From Dudresnaya verticillata (taxonomy: Eukaryota): DNA of 64,000 bases. The stretch spans positions 992,001 through 1,056,000 of the forward strand of contig OZ374562.1 in the NCBI GenBank assembly GCA_977862235.1, read 5' to 3'. The position numbers and the translations under genes are program-made. Of this stretch, positions 33,751-44,366 are shown in pieces (within the stretch, counting starts at the first letter, position 1; each line of letters opens with the position of its first letter). The notes under the pieces were generated by a model. It made no database searches and had not been told where the DNA came from. It saw only the letters and a list, made by a program, of their open reading frames with translations.

Positions 33751-35704
33751 TTGACATTGGTTATCCGCGCCCGCTTTGAAGAAAGACTCAGAGGAGAGCT
33801 GAAGCATGGCGCGATCTCGGTTGCTCGTAATTCCTCTACCGAGCGATCAAGTTCGGCGTGAGCGACTTGCCTGCTCGTCCGTTCATTCCTGGTCAAGGCG
33901 AGGAGCTCGGGGATCTTCCCCAGACCGAAGAGGATCTCCGGTTCGCATTTGCAGACTTGGAGGAAGGCTGCAGGACGGGTATTTACGAGGAGGTCGTCAG
34001 GGAGCACGTGGACAAGGCGGTGGTTCAGGGAGCGATCCTTTCTTCGGCCTTCACCGTCTGGCAGGAGACCGAGAATGGAAGAAAGGGACGTTTCGTACTG
34101 AACTTTTCCAAGCAGTCCAAACACTGGGACAAGGGCTCCGTCAGAATGGAGTCGGTGGCGGAGTTCGCAAGTGGGCTACAACAGGGAGATTATCTGCTCT
34201 CGATGGATATCGAGAAGGGATACAGACACCTTCGTTTAGCCTCTTGGATGCGGGACTGGTTCCTGTTCAAGTACCACGGGCGTTACTTCCGCTGCATCGC
34301 ATTACCCTTTGGATGGGGGCGCTCACCACTGTGGTTCACTCGCTTCATGGTGCCGTTCGTAACGGAGTTACGGAGACGGGGATTCCGCGTCCTCGCCTAC
34401 CTCGACGATTTCTTGATCTCGCCCTCCCCTCTTGGTGTCGTAGCTTCGGTAGAGGACTGCCAGGTTGCTACGAGAGCGATAGACAAGCTGATGAGGAACT
34501 TGGGGCTCTCCCGTCACGCGACAAAGGGAGAATGGCAAGGTGCACAGGTAGTCAGTCACCTCGGGGTCGTCGTGGATACGAAGCAGATGAAGTTCTTCGT
34601 CCAGTTGCGAAAGGTCGAGAAAGTACGCGTTTTAGGCGCCGACTCCTCAAGGAAGTACGCGTCGGTCGCCGATGGGTCTCAGAACGAGCCCTGCGTCACT
34701 TCTGTGGTGTATGCGTGTCGCTTACGCTAGCTATGCCATGGGCGCGCTTCTACACCCGATCACTATACTGGGACCTGTCCAAAGCACGCGTGGATCAACG
34801 TGGGAGGCGTCGGATCAGTCACCAGGGCATACGGGACTTGTTGAAGTGGAAGGAGTTGTCCACAGCCGAACTGCAGGGACGCTGCATGCACCCGGTACAG
34901 CCCGATGCCGCGATGCATACCGACGCCGCCGACTTTGGATATGGAGGGACCCTAAATTTCCGCAGCTTTCTTCCCGGAATCGATGGACAATGGCGCGCAC
35001 AGGGAGTATGGAGCTGGCGAGACCGAGCTTCCTGCATCTCTCTGCGGGAGTTGAAGGCAATCCGAAAGCTCCTCGCCGGAAAGCTCGGGAGCAAGTTGAC
35101 CGCTCCAGAAAAGAAGAACCTGCTGCTACACGTCGACAATCAGGCTGTAGTCCATGTCGCGAATGCCTTCGTTTCCTCCAGTCGTCCCATGATGCGCAAG
35201 CTGCGACGTTTGAAGGTGGTCCTGGATCAACTGGGGCTGAACATCCGCAGCGAGTGGATTCCTTCGGCCGCAAACCGTTTCCCAGATGTCCTTTCGCGAC
35301 GGTTCCCAGCCGGCGACCTCCAGATCCGCAAGCTGCTGCGTTCCGTGCGGGATGGAATGGCAGCACCACTCCAATCGTTTCGGTACCGGCCGTTGGGAGA
35401 GCATCCCGTCTTCCGACGCCGTCAGGCCTTTCGGGAACTGGACGCGCTTTGGCACGCGACGGACCAAGTACGGCTGTTATCACCACCAGTGGACCTGATA
35501 CAGGCGACAGTACTCAAGTTGCAGCGCACCGAGGTCCCCGCAGTCCTCCTGATACCAGAATGGCCACGCCAGCCTTGGTACCAAGCTTCGATGCGTCTGG
35601 CCGGCCGGGTACAAATGATCCCACTCAACACCACGGACGTGTGGGAGGCACAACGCACACTGAACCCGCAGTGGCGTCTCCTGGCTTTGGAGATCAACCT
35701 GTAA
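33740..35704 (+). pseudogene. RT-RNase H-methyltransferase-like ORF of the YR element (stop at 33828, frameshift near 34640; start approximate)
   Basis: SMDIEKGYRHL, LPFGWGRSP, AYLDDFLI; RNase H HTDAADFGYGG, ISLRELKAI, VDNQAVV, EWIPSAAN..PD.LSR; MT-like tail SPPVDLI..TVLK...LLIPEWPRQPWY. Confidence 0.9.
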
Positions 35705-35721
35705 CCCGGTCCACTGCTCGA

Positions 35722-36774
35722 ATGAGACTGGCGACAGCCGGTTCATCACGTGTACAGGCTATCGCGGGTACCAGTGAAGGGGCTCAGCGTTCGCTACAGC
35801 TGGTGGCCTCTTTTGCATGGAGCCCACGTACTGTGCAATCTAGGAACAGCCAATGGGATACATGGGTTCAGTTCTGTACTGAGGAGAACCGAACAATTCT
35901 CCCAGTCACCGAGGGACACCTGGTCACGTATATTGGATGGCTGTGCCTAGCGCGGGAAAGAGGGACCCGTCGCGTTGGGTCCGCATCGGTGCCTCAGTAC
36001 CTCAGTGCCGTCAGACAGATGCAACTTCTGCTGACGGGTGAACACGTCCCGTCTTTTCCGTTCGTCTCGCATGTACTGCGGGCGTACTCCCGATGGGAAG
36101 AAGACACGTACCCAGCTGCAAGTGTCCGGTGTGGAATACCTGCCAAGTTCGTCCATCAGATATGGGCATTAGGGATGACAAGCCCAACTATCAGAGTTAT
36201 CCGTGATTGTGCCATGGCTGTATGGGCGTTTTATTTTAATGGTCTTCGAGAGAGCTCTGTGAATTCACAGTTGTCCGTCAACGTGGACCTGGAGGAGAGT
36301 CATGTGATTGCTCGCCTGACAATGGTAAAGGGCCAACGGGCGAGCAAGGTGGCACTGGTACGGTACGACCGCTTACCGTCACTCCAGTCCCCGATTGACC
36401 TCTGGAGCCGTTGGGACTCGGTTCGTGGAACACGTCCTATAAGTCGCTTCTTCGCCCTTCCTGGGGAGAGCGCAGAGACGGCACGGACATTACTGAATGA
36501 TGCCCTTCAGCGTTGCTTACAACACCTCGCACTCCAGCCGCCCCAGCATGGGAAATTTACGTCACATTCGTTACGTATCGGTGCCCACACCGAACAAGTA
36601 CTGTTGGGCATCCCGCTCGCGGTGCGGCTTGCTCGTTTCGTCTGGGGCCCAAATAGTGACGCCATGGCTCATCTCTATTTCGATCGCACGCTTCGGACTA
36701 CCGCCGAGTCTTTCTGGTTTTTCGGGAGCGGAGCCGGCCTTCCCTGCCCCGCTACCGTTTCCACAGTCGCATGA
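35722..36774 (+). CDS. Tyrosine recombinase of the YR element, 350 aa
   Basis: GLRESS (R), VKG (K), SHSLRIG (HxxR), W...AHLYFD (W, catalytic Y); N-terminal WVQFC binding-domain pattern. Confidence 0.92.
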   Translation: MRLATAGSSRVQAIAGTSEGAQRSLQLVASFAWSPRTVQSRNSQWDTWVQFCTEENRTILPVTEGHLVTYIGWLCLARERGTRRVGSASVPQYLSAVRQMQLLLTGEHVPSFPFVSHVLRAYSRWEEDTYPAASVRCGIPAKFVHQIWALGMTSPTIRVIRDCAMAVWAFYFNGLRESSVNSQLSVNVDLEESHVIARLTMVKGQRASKVALVRYDRLPSLQSPIDLWSRWDSVRGTRPISRFFALPGESAETARTLLNDALQRCLQHLALQPPQHGKFTSHSLRIGAHTEQVLLGIPLAVRLARFVWGPNSDAMAHLYFDRTLRTTAESFWFFGSGAGLPCPATVSTVA

Positions 36775-36828
36775 TTCGACTGCCGCCGCTTTGTGGCACC
36801 GGTTCATGCCTCGGATATTATATGGGGG

Positions 36829-37081
36829 TTTCATGTGGTGTAGAGCCTCTTTATGCGCATGAAACGTAATGACAATGCATAGCAAGGGTGTGCATGCGTG
36901 TGCACGTCTCGCCGCGTACGATGCTGTGATCCATTAAAATCCGGATTCGGTTTATCCGGTATGGATCACAGGCTGTAAGGAATGGATCAGCTCGCCGTCG
37001 CCGCCGCCGCATCGAGTCTCTACTTGAGACGAGAGTGCACCCACCAGGTCGACAGAGTCTCCCAGGTGTGCCTCTCTCTTT
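36829..37081 (+). repeat. Right terminal direct repeat of the YR element
   Basis: Copy of 32713-32965. Confidence 0.95.
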
Positions 37082-37919
37082 CCCGCCCTCCCTCCCTTCT
37101 CTTTAACGGGTAATAGGAACCAATGCTGTCAGTATATCCGAATAACCAAATATAATCGTCGCATGACAATAGTAATTAAGGGTTAGTTCTGTTGCTGCTG
37201 GGAGGCTCTCCCAATAGAGGAGGAGGCCGCGCAAACTTGCCCCAGCTGGCTAGTAAACATCATTGTTTCAGCTAAGCCGTAGTATGTGGCCAGCTAAGTA
37301 GTCCCAAAATCGGCCATCTGAGCTAATCTAGAGCTATTCTACAGTTAGTGGCCGAGGTTACCCCTGTCGGCCATAATACCTACTTGTATTCCGGCGTCGG
37401 CCAATTTAAAGCCCTTGCGAGACTAAACCAAGTACTTGTGCGCTAATGGTTGGCCATGCGAGTTAGATTTTCCCTTGATTTTTCCACTGTCTTCCCTTTG
37501 GTTCACCTTGCAGCCAAATCCAATTTCAATTTGTGTCTGGCCGCAAATCGGATCATACGTGTACAGCTGGCCACGTGGTGCGCTTCGGTGTCGTAGGTGG
37601 CCACGTGTGAGCCACGTGTACAATCGGTGGCCACGTTTCATACTTGTGCGCGCTCACCTCCGTCCGCGCGCCGACGTCACGACTCCATTGGCCAAGTGTC
37701 TTCGTTGGTTGGGCCGATCGTACAGTTGGCCCGTCGAGTTGCTTCCTTGCGGTGGCCCCCTTGCGGTTGCACCACAGCTCCCTTCCTGATACCCGCCGAT
37801 GAGTGGGCCCCGCCGCTACCCGCCACCATCCCAGAGATGTGCACGGTGCCCGTCGACGAGCCCGTGGATCTCGCGCATGGTCTGGCCGATGCCGACTCTG
37901 CGCGCCGCCTTTTTAGGGT

Positions 37920-38021
37920 GTGCTTCGGGGAGCGGGACTGGGGCGTCTGCAAGACCCCGGGCGAAGGACAGTGCTTCGGGGAGCGGGACTGGGGCGTCTG
38001 CAAGACCCCGGGCGAAGGACA
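37920..38021 (+). repeat. 51-bp perfect in-frame tandem duplication
   Basis: Gives CFGERDWGVCKTPGEG twice. Confidence 0.95.
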
Positions 38022-38505
38022 CCCGTTAAAGGGGTGCAGGTTGCCCCCGGCGCTCGACGGGTCTTGGTTCCCGTCGGCGGAGTGGTACTCCCACCGCGAT
38101 ACGCCATCGGGACTCACTGTTCCGTGGACGACCGTCCACCGGTACTTCCACTACCCGACGACTGGCTTCGTAGCTGCTCGTCATGAGCTCCTGGCTAGGC
38201 ACTCAGATTAATACGCCTTCGAGGTAGGCCTCCGCTACTGCAAAGAGCTCCTCGCTAATGGGACAGGCTGGGTCTTCGACGACCGCCTGATTAATTTCCT
38301 CGCGACCGGCTGGTCGAGCGAGAGGCCGTGTTTCCAGGACTTACTCCGTCCTTCGGATGGCACGTCCTTTGGGTTCGGCGAGCTGCTCGGCGTAGTCCGC
38401 TGAGTTGCAGCTGCAACCGAGAAGCACACGCGGAGGCGTCACTTTTCTTCACACGTCGACGCGTTCGTGTGTGGCTTCATGCCGGAGACAGGGTCTCTCT
38501 ATAAG

Positions 38506-39367
38506 TGTAGTGCCAGGGGGGGTCCCCCGTTTTCGCTTTCAAGCGGGTTGATATGCAGCGTCTACCGAAGGACGACCGCCAACGGCGCGCTCAACCCGCC
38601 CGCGGCGCAAACATGTCACCGACGCATGCCGCTGGCCACTCGGGCCAGAACGGCTCGCTTGGCGTGCAGACCGCACGCCTGAACCCGGGACACTGTACGG
38701 CGCCACGCGTACGCGCATGGCGCAGTGGCGGGAACGTTCGCTGTAAGCGTGGCCCGGATCCGGATCCAATCGGGATCCCACATCGGGATCAGATATCGGG
38801 ATTAAGAGGTGTAAGGCACGCGCCTGTAAGATCGAGATCGCACGCACCATGGGGCGCGTGCGGCTGTAAGGAAGTACATCCACGTGTAGGTGTAAGAACT
38901 CGAGCGGGGAAGCTACGTGTGATCTGTCAGGAGCGCGGCTGCATGACGGACGGATCTGTCAGACGCGCCTCGGGACAACACGTGTCCCGAGTTCCCCCGC
39001 GGCGCCTACACACGCGTCGCCGCCGCTAGTTAGTTCTATACTTAGTTGATCCGTCCCAGACGTTGAGGTAAACTCCCGGCAAGCCGGCCTTGGTCCAGAC
39101 TTCCCCGTTCCGCACGCGCGTACCCTACCGCTGCCTACGGCTAAGCATCTACCTCCCGTGCTTCCACGTCTCTACCCGTCTTTGACGTGTTCCCTTTTTG
39201 TTCTCCTTTGTTCTTCCTTTCCGCCTCGGGCGTTTACAGTCCGCCCAAGGCGTGTCAACTGCTCTACCACAAGCCGCCCAAGACGAGGCTACTCACCGCC
39301 ACGGGCGTCGCTACCCACCGAGCCCCGAACTGCTCGGCGGTGTTCCGTCAAGGACGTTTGCACTACA
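38506..39367 (+). repeat. Unpaired LTR D (862 bp)
   Basis: TGTAGTGC...GCACTACA perfect 8-bp inverted ends; interrupts element B's ORF; flanks ATAAG/CATCG differ. Confidence 0.8.
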
Positions 39368-42300
39368 CATCGTTTGAATCCATGTTTAGAAATGAAGGCC
39401 ATGTGTAAGGGACCATGAAGGCAACCGTCGCCCGCACTCCTAAGATATATATTGCAGGCATGGAAATCCATGCCTGGAAACTTAAGTGTCCAAGGAGGTG
39501 CGAAAACGTCCGGAAGGGGGTAAGAACGTTTGGTACAGCAGAACAGAATAATTTCTCCTCGCGTTGAGTCTCTGGGAATAACCAAGGACAAAACAAAGAG
39601 TGGGTACGGAATTCTGGAAGATCTGGCCAACGCTCCAAAAGAAACCCTCAGAACACACTGGCCCGGGGTAATTAGAAATACTGGAGGTAACCCAGGAACA
39701 TCTCAAGAAGTGTCTTCTGGTCTCTTGTATCGGAAGCGCACACTTGATGACGCTATGATATCGAAACAGCAACCCCTTCTGGAAGATATTCAAGTCCCGA
39801 AGAATCTTGTGTGGCTTCCAAAAAGCGGAGGCTCTTCATGACTCCCGAAAATGTGACAAAATCCTTCCCAGGCTCTTTCCTAAAGAAAACGTTTTCTTTA
39901 TTTGTAAATAAAATAGCCTGGGAAGGATTTTGCCACATTTTGAAAGAACCTCGGAAGGCTTTTGTCACAGAAGTAGAATAAATATTGAAGTTTGGACAAC
40001 TCAAAAGCATCTCCATCCAATCGTCCCGTGTTCATGAACGAAAGAGCCCCTATGCAAGAGCATATATGGACTAAGAATTCTAACGATCGTTCGGAGGGAG
40101 TTCTAAGATTGGCGTCTTCTTTGGGGACTCTTTCGGTGGGATAAGAAAGTTCTGAGCGCAATTGCGAGAGCTCAGCTCAGGGTCTTGCGTGACTTCCGTT
40201 AGGTAGCATCCACGGAGATGCTTGTATTCCGGTCACAGATCCTGGAATTGAGCGATGATTTCCTGAAGAATCTCAAATCTGCTGAATATCAACGTGTCGA
40301 TCTCCAGGGTATTTTAGAAAGTCTCAAGTTCAATCAGGGAGGCCCAGCGAGCGTTCTATCCGCGAAGTAGACCAGTAATATGGACTATAAGAAACATTTC
40401 AATGCGATAACCCCTTCCCTTGACGTAATATTGAGTCGTAGTTTGCTTTCAAGAATCCTTTCGTTCAACGTCTCGGTACGGATATGCAACTCCCTTCAGG
40501 ATACTGGCGGGTCACCTCCTGAATGAGCCTCTCTTGCGTTGAAGGAAGAACTGTATAGTCTCCATCCCCATGCCGCTCGAAATGAATGGACTGAAGGTGC
40601 TGCGATACACAATGGAGACTTGAAGTTCAAGGTAGTGCAGAATGTGTTCTACAACATATTCAACGACCCTTTTGGTATTTTCAAGACCAACCCAAGAGCT
40701 ATAGTCGGTGTTCCAACCTTCAAGAGAACCCAGAAGATGAAGGGTGCTTGAAAGAAACGTGTCATCCTGCGATACGTCTGAAATGGCTGCACCCAGGAGA
40801 TTTCAATGTAGATCACGCCATGAAAGCACGCGCGATGATTGAGATGTCGAATAGTTCCCGCAACAGAAAAGCAAAACCCCCTGCTACTTCTGACGATGTG
40901 TTGGTACATAGTATAGTGCGCGCCTATCGCATACTGAGGTCGCACCGCCATGCTTCTAGAGAGCAGTTCAGGTATTCTATGGTCCACAAATTCGGTTTCC
41001 TCATCGTTTCGTGTAACGAATTATGTTGTGCTTCGGAACCGATAAGCAGCATCACTACAATCTATCATGGAAGCAAGGAAATCCTCGGCTCACAAACGGG
41101 CGCAACCGGATATGATGAATTTCTATTCAACTGAAGTGCGCCCTGTTGGATCCACACCGAAACAAAAATGGCTGTTGACGTTGCAAATTTGCTGTTGAAA
41201 ATCTGATACTTCTCAAGGACCTCTTGGAGATCTACCCAGAATTCATTCTTCTGGTAAACTGTGGAACATAAACCACAAAGTCTACCTTTTGTCTGGTAGT
41301 GGAACTCATCGAATATATTCAGGAGGAAGAAGATATCATTACCGCTGAAGATAGCCTTGTGATTATGTCTAGGTTTCTGCAATGTTTCTACCCGTGAATA
41401 GTTCTTGCGAACCCACAAATCGGCAATTTGTAATGTTGCTTCTCTTCGAATTTTCTTCAAGAAGATGACAGACACTTTCCTCAAAACATTGTGACCCTGT
41501 CTCTGGGGCTTTCCGTGAGCCTCCGTCTATTGTTTTGGGAAACGTTAACCTTCAGAACCTGTTTGCCGGACTGTACAACTAAAAGACCACTCTGGAAAGC
41601 AGGTGTGCCCGCATGACGGCCAAGTAGTAATAAGCGTTGAAAATTGAACCTGATGACAGGAAAGATAACTGTGATGTATATACATCTGTATGAAGAGAAG
41701 TTGAGGAGGAGTGTGATAGTGGTATTGGGTGCATCTAGGTTGCTTGCTATATATTCTGAAGCTTAATGCATGAAAACGTAGAGGAGTAATAACGTTTTGC
41801 CATCGCAACCTCTTCCTTTTCCCTGGCAGTTTAATAGTCGGTGCATAACGCAATTTCCTTAGAAATGAGCTCTCATGTAATCATTAATGTTTGCTCTAAC
41901 CAGTTACATGTCCGGTTCTAAGTCTTCAACTACTTCTGTCATTTCAGGACTAATCTTAATTACAAAATGTACTGGAATAATCTCGGTCATGGTGGGATCG
42001 TTCTTCTCGTTGTCCTCGAACTCCTTTTCCGTAAGCAAGAGTCTCTTCTGCAACTCCTTCTCCACCATGAAGCAATCATACCGGAACGTGACCGCACCAC
42101 TCTGCATGTAGGAGTCATAAGAAGGCAGGTTCGGCGCCCTTGCCCGGTCCCTACTCTCTGTAAATTCCGGCTTGGTTCCTTCCCACAAACAGATATTTCT
42201 TATAACAGCTATTTACAGAGGTGATAGCTCGTTCCCTAATTCCTTCTGAATAATGCCACGGAAGAAAGATAAAGCACATAAACTGCTTTAAGGGAGTTCG

Positions 42301-43518
42301 AGACAAGCGGAGGAAGAAATAATTTCCGTCTGATCGAGTCGCTTCCTCAAGAACATTTATTACAGCCTTGCAACCTTGGAAATTTGGATCCATAACTTCC
42401 CCCGGACGACTCTCCTCCTGATCAAATCAGATGGGAGCTGCTGGAGGTATCTTGATGAGTATCCGTATCCTAAGGCCCACGAAGGTACATTTATTCGTAC
42501 CAGATCTCGCACCGGAGACTGGGAGACAACGTCTTCAGTTTATTTTACACAAGCTTATTCTATTTGTCTATTTCCTGAATTCCGGAAGCATCATCGTCAG
42601 GTTTGGACAGAATGCATCTTCTGAGAGCTGATTTGAACATTTGAAAGTCCTCATGTGATCGGTGTTCCCCAGGAAAACACTCCGCGGCCTCGATTCCATA
42701 CCTCTTCTTGTCGTTATTGTCCTTGCAGGCAGTAACCCAAACAAATCCAAATATATTGAAGAGGAAATCTCGAACTTTCAGGCGTCCGTCACATAATACA
42801 TTGCTGACGACTGTTCGAAGCCGAGACTCTGCGGTATCTCATATTTGCCTCTTAACGTGATACACACTTCCCTGCCTATTCTGGTTTCTACTCTTGGAAG
42901 CCCCACGCTCGGTACTATTCCTGTACGTCTAGTAAGACTCGAACACCTCTAAGATTGCATCAGATAGGAGACAAATTGCAACATTTCGGCACTTGGAAGC
43001 ATGCTCTCCATTCATCAATGCCGAGACAGAAGTAATTTATTCAGTATCGATGGCATGGAAAGTCTCAGGACTATCAGTTGGCGTGTCCAAATTCAGATTC
43101 CAAGTAGCATGCTCTGTAGCTTCCAAGTAGATCATCGTGACCCCTTCCGGCGCTCTATTCAAAAACCAAGAACTTCCTGAACGGTTGGAACCAGCCCCGA
43201 CTTGAAAAGGCTGCCCATCCTTGCAGACCGTGGGAGGTGCAATAATACGTCCTTCATAAGCTCAGATGATCGCAACACTAGACTCGTGCGGTGTACTACC
43301 CCGATTTCTCCCCGCTTCTGAAAGAATACAAATCTAAAGCTGCTCAAAGTGCTCTTTTGGCAAATAGAGAGCTCTGTACTCGGCATAGTAATACTAGGAA
43401 CCTGTCCTGGTCGAGAGCGTAGAACGTGAGCCAGATCGTCAGCGAAACCTGTCACCAATGACTCGTTCAAGCTCCAAATCAAGCGTGACATTTCTGAGAT
43501 GTCTTGGAGACCGGAATC

Positions 43519-44366
43519 TGTGGCATAGCTGTAAGACCAACGGTGCCACGCAGGCGCAGCTGTAAGACCAGATGCGCGGCGCACGCGGCTGTAAGACCAG
43601 CCGCGTTGTGCGCACACTGTCAGCCGGTGGCTCCGAAGCCCCGCTGGTGCTGTAAGTCAGTGCGCTGTGGCGCCCACGCGTACGCGTGTGACACTGACAC
43701 TCTCGTGAAATTTCTAAGTTCATTTTCGTGTGTAGTGTACTATGCCGTCTAGTGCAAGCGGCGGTCGAACACCTTGCTGTCCCACGAGCCGCGCGCACGC
43801 CCTCCGGCGTAGAGCCCTTGAGTGCGTGACACGCGCGCGCACTCCGGCGTCGAGCCGTTGAGTACGTGTGGACCGTTTCGTCCGTGCGCGCCCCCGGGTT
43901 ACCGTTACCCGTACGCGTCGACGCGTATCGGGGTGCGCCGGGGCACTTCCCGCGTTAGTGCCGCCGCAGGCCCTGTAGTCTATTTAGTAGTCGTCCCCCT
44001 GCGCTTGAGTAAACGAAGGCAAGCCCGCCTACGCCAGGCTTGCCCCTTTCTGCTTTGGGTTTCTTTCCCAGTCTTCCGCCCTACTGCTTCTATCTTTCCC
44101 TAGCCGCCTAGGCTTTCCTTTTCCTTTTCCCCACTGTCGGCCTCGCGCCGCCCTACGAGGGGGACGCAGGGATCCGGCCGCTGCCGCCCGCGTACGGTCC
44201 GCCCCGTGCGCGCTCAGTCTTCGACGCCGTAGATCCGCGACCGTCGACGGCGCGCGCGGCCGACACCGCCGCTCTACCACCTACCGCTACCACCCTTCGA
44301 CGGGTCTGAGTGCGATGATGAGACTAGCCGCGCTAGACATCAGCTCTACCTGAAGTGTATGCCACA
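43519..44366 (+). repeat. Unpaired LTR of family B (848 bp)
   Basis: TGTGGCATA...TATGCCACA; homologous to the reverse complement of 30423-31045; flanks GAATC/CTACT differ. Confidence 0.9.

Larger units (their letters stand above)
32713..37081 (+). mobile_element. Tyrosine-recombinase (DIRS-order) retrotransposon, 4.37 kb
   Basis: gag-like ORF, RT/RNase H/MT-like ORF, YR ORF; 253-bp direct repeats; both ends TTT. Confidence 0.93.
32465..37776. mobile_element. Solo LTR C (~0.94 kb: 32465-32712 plus 37082-37776), itself interrupted by the YR element
   Basis: TGTAGT...ACCACA ends with perfect 5-bp TSD GCTCC (32460-32464 and 37777-37781). Confidence 0.85.
31375..38505 (+). pseudogene. Antisense accessory ORF of element B, interrupted by insertion 32465-37776 and truncated at 38505
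   Basis: VDRAADAP|FLIPADEW rejoins across the insertion; SWFPSAEWYSHRD, RYFHY, ELLAR.SD.YAFEVG and EKHTRRRHF match element A's ORF. Confidence 0.85.

Noticed and set aside
34672..35721. 350-aa N-terminal extension of the recombinase ORF
   Set aside because: Overlaps the RNase H frame and has no recognisable motifs; treated as an overlap-frame by-product.
43528..43660. Spaced GCTGTAAGACCA repeats as a CRISPR-like array
   Set aside because: Too short, irregular, inside an LTR, eukaryotic context, no cas genes.
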